Assembly (NCBI GenBank): GCA_002269645.1
Contig: NIVC01000671.1
Location: 310,001 to 374,000, forward strand
Direction of reading: 5' to 3'
Length of the DNA: 64,000 bases
From: Macrostomum lignano
Taxonomy: Eukaryota
Made by a program: the position numbers and the translations under genes. Below are positions 37,131 through 64,000 of the stretch, in pieces (the stretch's first letter is position 1; each line of letters opens with the position of its first letter). Under the pieces are notes generated by a model. The model did not search any database and had not been told where the DNA came from. It worked only from the letters and a program-made list of their open reading frames with translations.

Positions 37131-40100
37131 ATGCTCCGCCGTTTGCACCCGGCCTCGCATCGGGTCAACCCGATTTCTGAGGACTTCGACTCGAGCGTAC
37201 AGCTGGTCCGGCTGAAGCTGTCCGAGCACCAGCAGCATCACCAGCAGCTCAGCAGCCTCCGAGCCGAGTTCTCGCCGCCAGAGTTTCAACGCCGCGCCAG
37301 CGGCGGCTCCGCCAGCCTGACCGTCTCTGATCCGGATGTCGACGCGATGATGGCCGACATCGACATGATGTCGTCGCCGTCGCCGAAATTTCTAGCCAGG
37401 CGCCAACAGCAGCAGCAGCAGAGGCAGCGGCGAAGCAGCGGTGCCGACCTTCCGGTGGCTGAAGACTCCCGGCTGGTGTCCACGCCTGTGCTGTCCTCCA
37501 CCATCGCTGGCTGCTGCGGAGATGATGGGGTGAGTCTCTATTTCGGACCTCGGTATCTGTCTCTATCCGTCTCTATCTGTCTCTATCTGTCTCTATCCGT
37601 CTCTATCTGTCTCTATCTGTCTCTATCCGTCTCTACCTGTCTATCCGTCTCTATCTGTCTCTACCTGTCTCTATCCGTCTCTATCTGTCTCTATCTGTCT
37701 CTATCTGTCTCTTACCTGTCTCTATCCATCTGCATCTATCTCTCTATCCGTCTCTATCTGTCTCTATCTAACTCTATCTATCTTTATTTACTGTCTCTGT
37801 CTGTGTCAGTGTCTGCATGTGCCCGAATTCCCCATTTCACCCCGTGTGCTAGCTGTACCCTGGGATCTCAACGAGTTTACAGGTGCCGCCTGTGCTAAAA
37901 AAGTCTTGATTGATTGCTAATTGTGCGGGTAGAGGGGCAGTCTATTGTGAAACAACAATTGGGATGGATTTGGAAATCATGGATGTGGGATGAAAATAAA
38001 GTCTCGAAGTTCCCCATTTCAAAGTGGAAGCGTGGCACCCGTGCCCAAACCCATAGCCTTGAGGCTCGAATCTACCTGCCAATCCAAACCCCTCCAGACA
38101 ATAGGGGAGAATTCCAGGTGCGATAAAGACAGGTCCCCACTCGCGCAATTATCCCACCTGCTGCTTAAATCACAGGCAGACAGCCGCATTCTTCTCTGAG
38201 TTGAGTCGGTGGAATGTCTTGTATCTGGGGCGGGGTTCTCTTCGCGAGTTTTTTATTATTATTATTTCTAAAATAAGCCCCACCTTTTCTCCTATGCCGG
38301 CTGGGTTTAACACTTTTTAGATTTTTTTCTTTGAGATTTGGGATTGGGATTTGGTTGATTGGATTTGCTTAGCATGGAGCATTGATAATTTTTTTCAAGT
38401 TTTTTAACAATGCAGGCAGACAGATAACTCGATAGACAGGCAAGTGGACAGGTAGATAAGTAAATAATGTAGACAAGTAGACAGGTAGATAGGCTGATAA
38501 TTTAGATGGGTAGATAGCCAGATGAGGTAGACAGCTAAGACAGGTAGATATCAAGATAGGTAGACAAACAGAATATTAGAAAGGTAGTAGATGAGTTGTG
38601 ACAGATCGATAATCTGTTGTGGATCAATTTTCGGGGGTTCGCACCTAAACTATCCATATATAATAAACAAATAAACAAACAGATTCCTTAGATTGCCGCT
38701 TAGGCCCTCATCACACTTAATCTGCCATCTGAGTACTTTCACACCTTTACTGTCTGTGCCAATTGGAGAATTTAGAGTTGGTGGTGAGCTGTCTAATTTG
38801 GCTCTTATCAGTTGGACAATTTAAAATAGTTGAGCTCAGTGCTCCCGCCGCTGAATGCTAATTGTTAATTGGGGGCAATTAGTGCGGCTGACTGATAAAC
38901 CGCAAATTGCAACCGTTTGAGGCGGGTGGGGGAAGGCGTTTTAGAGCTCGACTATTTTTTGAGAATCTTTTCTAGTCTAGCATTTAACCATTTAGCTCTC
39001 TCCAGTTTTCCATAATGACCCCAGAATAACACGGCAGTCTGGCAAGTGGCAAGGCACACAATATGAAAATTTCATCCCCAATTCCCGACGCCAGGCGCTC
39101 CATCGGTCCGCGGTGCAGCCTGACGCCGCCTCCGCCTGCCTCGACGAGCTGCGTCAAATTCGGCCGCGCCGTTTCTACGAAATCTGCCGCGTCAATCTGG
39201 CCTTCGTGACCGACGTGCCAGCCGACTTCCTGCAGGACGTCATCGACTCGTGCCCGCCGCCACAATCTAGCGGCGCCCCGATGTCGGCGACGGCGAGAAG
39301 GACGCCATCGGCTGCGGGCGGTCTGCTGGTGCGAGTCTGCCGGTCCGTCAGGCAGCACAGCGGTGCAGGTGAGGAGAGGCTTCGAAATAGGGATTTGATA
39401 ATTTGGATTTCAAATATAGGGATTTTAAAATTTGGGATTTCAATTTTCAAATATAGAGATTTTAAAATTTAGGATTTCAATTTTCAAATACAGGGATTTT
39501 AAAATTTGGGATTTCAATTTCCAAATATAGGGACTTTAAAATTTGGGATTTCAATTTCCAAATATAGGGACTTTAAAATTTGGGATTTCAAGTACAGGGA
39601 TTTCAAAATTGTATTTTAAATCAAGGGATTCCAAAAATCGGGAGTTCAAAATCGGGATCTCAAAGTCGGGATTTCAAACGAGGATTATGATTATAGGCAT
39701 TTCAGATCCGTCTTTAGTACTTGACTATACCTTTATTTGAAGCTATAGACAGTTAACTGTTTAACAGTTGGACTAACACGACAACAGTAATTAGGAAATG
39801 GGACTTGAAGTAAGGGTTCAAAACTGATATCAATGGCGGCCCCATTTTAACGTAAAGTTCGCTATAGAACCATTATATCGTATTATTGTATAGAATGCTT
39901 AATAATAATATATGGGGAGTTCAAACGTTTCTCTGTCTGTCCAGGGGAAAAATACAACACAACACAGTCAGCCGGCGGGCAGGCAGACAGACCAACACTT
40001 GTTTCCTCTTCTTCTAGGGGACTGGGACTGTTTATCAGAGAGCAGCCATCAGTTTCCCGAATCTAACTAGGCCTTACTGGGCAGTGCAGTGCCACTCGAG

Positions 40101-43100
40101 AACTGACCAAGTTAAGGCACGACTCGGCAGGGTTCCTAACTTAAATGTTCTATCTTACCTATCTAATCTTTATTGCTTAGGCCCTTTCAGGTCTTTGTCG
40201 GAGCGAATGGAAACTTGGCCTCCTTTGCTTTTAGAGATTGTAATTTGCATAATAGAGACCGGTTGGCCCACTCGGTCGGAACGCTTGTAAAAATATGCTG
40301 GCGATGCAAGCCAGCCATTGTCTATGGGCCAGAATGCACCCCATAGAATTACTGAAGTTACTGAAGTAGATTCTATGATCTAGAATATGGCAAGAGATCT
40401 CTGATGCCTAGTCCAACTATACTAACTGACTGCATATGTGAGGAAGTATGCATTTGTTGTATAAAGCTGGCTTCTAATTCCAGGTGTTTCTTTTGTAGTA
40501 AAATTTTTTTCGTGGCCTTCTGGTATAAGTCTGCAATCAGCTGTGAATTCCCATGTATGGACGTTTGAAAATAGAACTTCCCTGTAGCTCGGGAACGGGG
40601 GGCATCACAAACCCGAAAATCACAATTCCGAAAAGCGCTTTCCATCACAACCCGAAATCACAAACCCGAAAAATCACAAACCCGAAAAATCACAAGCCCG
40701 AAAAATCACAAGCCCGAAATAGCATCAACCCGAAACATTACAAAATACAAACCCGAAACATCACAAAATACAAACCCGAAACATCACAAAATACAAACCC
40801 GAAACATCACAAAATACAAACCCGAAACATCACAAAATACAAACCCGAAACATCACAAAATACAAACCCAAAACATCACAAAATACAAACCCAAAACATC
40901 ACAAAATACAAACCCGAAGCATCACAAATTACAAACCCGAAACATCACAAAATACAAACCCGAAGCATCACAAAATACAAACCCGAAACATCACAAAATA
41001 CAAACCCGAAACATCACAAAATACAAACCCGAAACATCACAAAATACAAACCCGAAACATCACAAAATACAAACCCGAAATATCACAAACTCGAAACATC
41101 ACAAATTATAAACCCAAAATATCACAAACCCGAAAGATCACAAATTGCAAACCCGAAATATCACAAACCCGAAACGTCACAAATTACAAACCCGAAATAT
41201 CACAAGCCTGAAACATTACAAACCTGAAATATCACAAAATACAAACCCAAATTATAACAACTCCAAAAGTGCTAGCAACGCGCAACACTATTTTGGTTTT
41301 CCGAGTTATGGTATTCGGGTTTATGCGACCCCACCATGGGACACCAGTTATTAATAGAAGAGAGACCTGACTCTGCACAAGAAATTTGAATTCCATCATT
41401 TTGGCAATCGTTTTGTATGTTGCGCAACTCATAGCCTGATCAAGCCCGCGTGTCCGGGTTGCTAGGGGGCACAAATATTTGTCAATATTTATCATATATG
41501 GAAATGCTACCGGCTCGATCGCATATATGTCTGCACTAATCTCATCGCATCGCCCTCGCAACTGAAAACTCGTCTATTGCTAATAAAACAAATCATTGCG
41601 CAATGGTCTCTAATGGAATCGAAAATTTAGGCTGGGGTGACTTTATACAACCAGCCACTTTCCCATACGGTGCGCACAGATGGTCATCTAAAATACACAG
41701 AGTTTTCTGTAGTCAAGGGGCGCCGCAATTATGATTGAGTATAGGCCTGAGTTTTATCCCTATACAGCCTGGCCATCAACTCACTCAACTCGAATTCGGA
41801 GCACTATTTTGTTGTCAATTTAAACTTTGGCCCAATGCCCATCTTGATAAATCTTACTCCCCAGTCCCCTAGAAGAAGCAAAAGCAAAGGAAAGAGCTCA
41901 ATTTCCACCCCTGTCTATAGGCAGTAAATATGGAGCCCTGGACCATTGCCAAACTAATATAGACGCCTCAGGCCTCAGCCCATGTGATGCGAACCCAATA
42001 AAACACTCAAGTGTTTTGTGGGGCCCATCGGGGTCTGGTCTTGGGATTGGCTTGAGAACCCTTAGTAGTCTTCAACTAAATTATGGACAATAACTATAAA
42101 TCCTATTTAGTAGGAAGCCATGGTTTCCTATTCTCCTGGGAAGGGTCTGTGAACCCACCTCCGGTCCGGTGCATATATTACTACGAGCCTGTAGTGCCAT
42201 GTCTTTGTCCTCAAGTATTGAAGATTCAAGTCTTTGTTCCCCATGCGGAGTTTTGGAAATCAAGGTGACAAAGAACCGGGGCCACAAATGGAAGTGATGG
42301 AGAATGGAGATTCTGTCAGGTGTTTTTCCACTCCCCAAGAGAAAAAGATGACCCAAGTTTCTTCAAGAGGAAATGAGCAACAGAAAGAATGCCGATATCG
42401 TGTCTGCAACCTCTTAACGTTCCATTCTTAACACTTTCGCTTCCTATATCTGTCAGTGGGTCTTTGTTGTCCAGTTTGTTAATAAGGATTTTCAGCTGAC
42501 TGCCCCTGCCGTCCACCTATTCATTAATCAAGCGAGATTCCAGACCCCCAAGGGCTGCATAGCAGAGCCTGACCTGCTCCAGGCGCTGGAGGCCATCTGC
42601 TGGCCTGTTGCTTCTGGCGCTTCTCCACTCACCCAGAAAGAGATCAAACTCCATCAACGCCTCATCAAACTCGCTGGACCGAATATTTACAACTCGGGAC
42701 AAAGCTTCTATTTAGTAATTAAGTTTGAAGCTCTTGCATAGAGTCTAGGTAGTAAAATAGTCTTTGTTTTGAAAATTTCCGAGTTTGAACATTTTTACGA
42801 TCTTGCGGCGACTTGGTGAACAGGGCGGAGCAGGGCAGTGGAGGGAGGACCAGGTGGATTTAAGCACAGGTGACCCAACAATGACCTTTCGAAATGTATG
42901 CACGGCTACATGGGGAACTGCGACTAAAGCTATGCTCATATAAGTTTTCGAACTCAAAATGGACATCCGATCCGCCGCAGGTCAACCGCACGCCTCTGCC
43001 GTCTCTGCAGATGCCGCCGCTGCTGCCCAAAACGACGACTTCTTGAATGCAGACATCCTGACGGGAGTTCAGCGGCTCATCCACCTGCTGGAGAGTCGCC

Positions 43101-46100
43101 TCGACGCGGAGGGCATCTTCCGCAAGTCCGGCCAGGTCAGCCGTCAGCGCCAGCTTCGTCGCCGTCTGTTCCCGGCCGCGCAGCAGGACTTGCCGGCCAG
43201 TCAGTCTGTCGCCGAGGCGGTCGTGTCGGAGCTGGGCTGCTGCGTGCACGACATCGCCGGAGTGTTGAAGGCTTGCCTGGACGACTTGAAGCAGCCGCTG
43301 CTCACTGACCGACTGGGGCCGTACTTCCTGCAGGTGGCCGGTGAGTGCCTGCAGTTGTCTGTAATGTAGTCTGTAGCTTAGTCTGTAATGTAGCCTGTAG
43401 CTTAGTCTGTAATCTAGTCTGTAACTTAGTCTGTAATCTATTCTGTAGCTTAGTCTGTAATGTAGCCTGTAGCTTAGTCTGTAATCTTGCCTGTAGCTTA
43501 GTCTGTAATCTATTCTGTAGCTTAGTCTGTAATGTAGCCTGTAGCTTAGTCTGTAATCTAGTCTGTAGCTTAGTCTGTAATCTAGCCTGTAACTTAGTCT
43601 GTAATCTATTCTGTAGCTTAGTCTGTAATGTAGCCTGTAGCTTAGTCTGTAATCTAGTCTGTAGCTTAGTCTATAATCTAGCCTGTAGCTTAGTATGTAA
43701 TATAGTCTGTAGCATAGTCTGTAATCTAGTCTGTAGCTTAGTCTGTAATGTAGCCTGTAGCTTAGTCTGTAATCTAGTCTGTAGCGTAGTCCGTAATCTA
43801 GCCTGTAGCGTAGTCTGTAATCTAGCCTGTAGCTTAGTCTGTAATCTAGTCTGTAGCTTAGTCTGTAATCTAGCCTGTAGCTTAGTCTGTAATCAAGTCT
43901 GTAGCTTAGTCTTTAATCTGTAAATATTCTGGTAAAAAAAGTTATTCCGTTTTGCAATATTTTCAAAAATCGAATCGGTATTCCGCAAATAATTTCACCT
44001 GTGTCACAACTACTCGTAAAGTATTCAGCTTACGACAGGTGCTAAACAGAGCACTTAAGCTGGCATTTCCCATTTTCCTATACTTTATACTCATCGACTT
44101 GGAAGCCCAGCAGAGTGCTGAAATGCTGTCACCTGTGAAGCGAATAGGAAATTGTTTAAACTCCGCTGCATCCTTTTTGGGAGCTTTGCCCACCTCCAGG
44201 GCCCTCGCTAGGCCGGCTTCGCTTCCCTCAGTATTGCGCTGGCTGGCACTGTTTTTAAGTGCCTGCGCCACCCACTGTGACGCAAATTGAGGGGCCGTTT
44301 TTGTCCAGCCTGTTGCGCAACAGTGCACCCCGACTCCCATCCCACTCTGTCCCGCGTTCCCCATGACGCGAGACTGGAAGGGGAAGTGAAGGACGAGGAA
44401 GCCCCACCTCATCCCATCATAGTTATCTTCATCAATTCTTTGCGATCCCCAAAACGTGCCGCAGGGCGAACTGGCTTATTCGTGGGTATCCCTTCCCTCG
44501 CCTCTTGACGCGTCTTTGTTTTTCGGGGGATAAAACTCCAGTAGCCATTCCATTTCCATTCAATGCCAGGGGCTTCCGTTGAACAAGCGAAGCGAGTCTC
44601 TTTCCTATTATCAATTCTTGTTGGAATTTCAGCTTAAACAACACAATTTTATGTTTCACACAGAATTGCCGTTATTGAATAAAAATGATTCTAAGCTTAG
44701 CAACAAGATTGATTGACTGAATTTTTCAGAGTAACAAAGAGACCGACTATTCGTAACTTTATAGCTTGTTAATTAAAATTCTATACTTACTGCCGAGATG
44801 CTTGCTCATGGAACGTTTTTTCATACTCAATTCTAAGAAAATCTCTATTGAAATCGCTTCTGACTCATGCTTTCCTTGGAGAATCTCACTAGAGAATCTC
44901 ACTTACTCTCAATCTCACTTGAGAATCTCACTTGAGAATCTCTCACTCGAAAATCTCACTTAAGAATCCCACTTGAAAATCTCTAAAGCATCTCACTTAG
45001 GAATCTCACTTGAGAACCTAACTTAAAAATTTCACTTAAGAATCTCACTTAGGAATCTCACTTGAGAATCTCACTCGAGAATCGCCCTTAAGAATCGCCC
45101 TTGAAAATCGCCCTTGATAATCGCCACTGAACTCACACTAAGAGATCATGCCATCGCGCTCCCGCCCACCGCCAGACCTGAACCCGCAACGCCTGGACGA
45201 GAACGGGAATCCGCTGTGCCCGGTTGAGAAACCTGGCGGCTCCGTCAGCCTGGCAGCGGCTCGCCAGCTCCGCGGTTTTCAAATCCTCGTTCAGCTGCTG
45301 CCGCACTCCAACAGGTGGATGCTGAGTAGCCTGCTCAAACTGCTCGGACAGGTGGCCGAGCTGCCCCGGACACTAATGACGCCTGAGAATCTGGGCACCG
45401 TGTTCGGACCCCTGCTGCTCTGCCCGAGACAGGTCTGTTGCTGGACTGGGATCACAAGCCTTCTCGAGAACTGGGATCTCAATCTATCAGAGAACTGGGA
45501 TCTCAATCTATTAGTGAACTGGGATTTCAATCTATTAGAGAACTGGAATTTCAATCTATTAGAGAACTGCGATCTCAATCTATTAGTGAACTGGGATCTT
45601 AATCTATTAGTGAACTGGGATCTCAATCTATTAGTGAAATGGGATCTCAATCTATTAGAGAACTGGGATCTCAATCTATTAGTGAACTGGGATCTCAATC
45701 TATTAGAGAACTGGGATCTCAATCTATTAAAGAACTGGGATCTCAATCTATTAGTGAACTGGGATCTCAATCTATTAGTGAACTGGGATCTCAATCTCTT
45801 GATTGGGCATGTAGATAAGTTCATTAATAAATAAATAGCATTTAATATTCGATTCCGATTTCAGATGAAGAGCACAGACGACTATGCCAGAATCATTGCC
45901 CTGTCCAACAGAGCCGTGACCTACATGATTCGCCACGCTGGTGAATTATTCAAGGTGTGAAGAATTTAATTTTTTTTTGATTTGATAAGATTGAGATACT
46001 ACCTACTAAGTAGTATAGCTAGAAAAATACATTATGATTCGTTTTGACTCGTGTCAGAGTCAACAAGGTGCCGCTGTACACCATGTGTGAGCATGTGCCT

Positions 46101-46564
46101 GTCGTCTTGATTAGACTAACTAACCTGACCACCCCGCCAACCAGGTCCCCGAGCACCTGGTCATCGACGCCATGCGCAGTCTCTCGACCGAGCGCAGTCG
46201 GTGCTACAGCCGCAGTCGCAGCTGCAGCCGCGAAGCCGACGAAGTCCTTGACGCCGACGCCGATAGCGACGACGATAACGACGAAGCAGTCGACGTGTGC
46301 ATGAATTTCGTTGACCGCTCGACCGCCAGCCGGCTGGGCGGGCGCGACTACACGCAGCTGCAGGTGGCGCAGCTCTACGCCGCTGTGCAGGCCATGCCGG
46401 AGAGCGCCAAGAAGTCGGCGCTGGTTCGAAAGTTCAGCGCCGCCGCCAATTCCGTCGTTGTCGATCCGACGACGGTGGCGGCGCCCATTGACTGCGGCGG
46501 CGCCTCTCCTCGATGCCGTTCGCCAGATGGTCGGCATTCGCGCAGGCGCCTCTGCGGCCAATAA
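37131..46564 (+). CDS. ARHGAP19: Rho GTPase-activating protein 19-like, ~589 aa; exons 37131-37529, 39095-39368, 43011(or 42981)-43340, 45176-45432, 45865-45954, 46145-46564
   Basis: The GAP domain has the arginine finger EGIFRKSG, HDIAGVLKACL..L..PLLT, LLPHSNR.ML..LL.LL and MTPENLGTVFGP. ARHGAP19-type flanking motifs are LDELRQIRPRRFYEICRVNLAFVTDVP, MIRHAGELFK and VQAMPESAKKSALVRKF. Intron phases 0,1,1,0,0 are consistent. Confidence 0.9.
37555..37790. repeat. TCTCTA/TCTATC simple repeat at the start of RhoGAP intron 1
   Basis: Read directly. Confidence 0.9.
39389..39680. repeat. 37-bp minisatellite (ATAGGGATTTTAAAATTTGGGATTTCAATTTTCAAAT) at the start of RhoGAP intron 2
   Basis: Read directly; degenerates toward the 3' end. 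Confidence 0.85.
40605..41250. repeat. 23-bp minisatellite (ACAAACCCGAAACATCACAAAAT)
   Basis: Read directly. Confidence 0.92.
43357..43922. repeat. 12/24-bp minisatellite (GTAGCTTAGTCT-GTAATCTAGTCT) at the start of RhoGAP intron 3
   Basis: Read directly. Confidence 0.92.
44875..45125. repeat. 13-bp minisatellite (GAGAATCTCACTT) ending ~50 bp before a RhoGAP acceptor
   Basis: Read directly. Confidence 0.85.
45466..45800. repeat. 24-bp minisatellite (GAACTGGGATCTCAATCTATTAGT) in RhoGAP intron 4
   Basis: Read directly. Confidence 0.92.
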
Positions 46565-47279
46565 AAAACCCCAATTGACGTGTAAAAATGCATTTTGTTT
46601 TATTACTTAGTGGGATAAATTTTCAAAGAATAACAAATATGAAATTGGTTTCTAAGAATTATAAAGTGAATTATATTTCAAGAAATTGGAATAAAACAAT
46701 TTCTCATATTGGTTGATAAAGTTTCAGTTTCTGGTGGTCAATTTTAAACGAAATTGAGTATTTTTGTAAACAAGTTGACAAATATCGACTATGGCGCCAA
46801 GTCTTTTGCTTGATGTTTCAATTGATAACGCGATGCTTTACCTGCTGTGCATGCGGAAGATTATATAGATATGTTTAAAATTGTTGCGTGTGTACAAATA
46901 TTACTAACAGTAGCTGGCAAATTTTGTAGTATATTCGCGTTTTATTCACCTCGGTAGCTTTGATTTTTTTTCGAAATATTTCATGCGAATACTTTGGTGA
47001 AAGAAATGACCTGTCTATACCTGTCTTGCACCTGACTTATTTATTAAAACATCTCATATTTGTCTGGCTCAATGACAATTGCTTTAGCAAAAAAATACAG
47101 TTTCTCTTATGAAGTCGCTGTGGATGCTTTTCAAATATTTTCCGAAGTAATCTTAACAACAAATTCAATTTTTTGACGAGATCATCATTTTATCAAAAGT
47201 TTTCGGACAAGCCTACTTTAAGTAGAAAATTAGTCGGTAACAGCATAACTGTTTGAAAATTAAGATATATCTATGAATT

Positions 47280-49460
<2,181 letters not shown>

Positions 49461-49671
49461 GATACGCAGGCAGGCAGACCCCAGCAGCAAAGACAGCTAA
49501 TCCGGTGCCGGCTGCAGGCCCAGCCAATCCCAGCCAGTCACCAGCCTGTGAGAAAGCAGATATCCGGAATCCTCTGTAAAAGCTTGCAGAATTCTTGATC
49601 CCAAACCAGACCCTCGCAAGTCAATCGCCAATATTGAAGTTTCAAACGGATGCTGAAGGCTTGGTTTCGCA

Positions 49672-63913
<14,242 letters not shown>

Positions 63914-64000
63914 ATCCAAATGATTAGGAAAGCAGCCGGCTGACTCACTGGCCTCGTGGCGCGTCATTCAGGCAATTCCGAACAGTCTTATCCCCCCAGA

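Overview
This is animal genomic DNA with spliced genes, not a prokaryotic window. GC-rich exons with poly-Gln runs, AT-rich introns full of minisatellites and TTAGGG-type telomere units suggest a free-living flatworm such as Macrostomum; that assignment is inference from style only. Five protein-coding genes could be assembled by hand from splice sites and phase-consistent exons: a GPI-anchored Ly6/uPAR protein (minus strand, next to a frameshifted paralog), a G-protein gamma subunit, an SLC41/MgtE Mg2+ transporter, an ARHGAP19-type RhoGAP, and a secreted or surface protein with two divergent SUEL (Gal_lectin) domains, EVA-1-like, possibly running past the window end. Mobile DNA includes a truncated Ty3/Gypsy element (LTR, PBS, gag), an AT-rich MITE, and a 917-bp TIR element with an 8-bp TSD that carries a telomere-repeat array and whose empty site survives in a nearby paralogous segment. 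Tandem repeats cover a large part of the window, and most long ORFs in the ORF track are repeat artefacts. The most notable signals are (1) the telomere-array-carrying transposon, (2) an isolated 64-bp 28S rRNA fragment scarred exactly at the R2/Pokey/I-PpoI target site, (3) a different minisatellite next to nearly every splice donor in three genes, and (4) tandem arrays of ETS and AP-1 motifs beside genes. No CRISPR array or prokaryote-type system is present. All homology calls come from remembered family motifs, with no database search.
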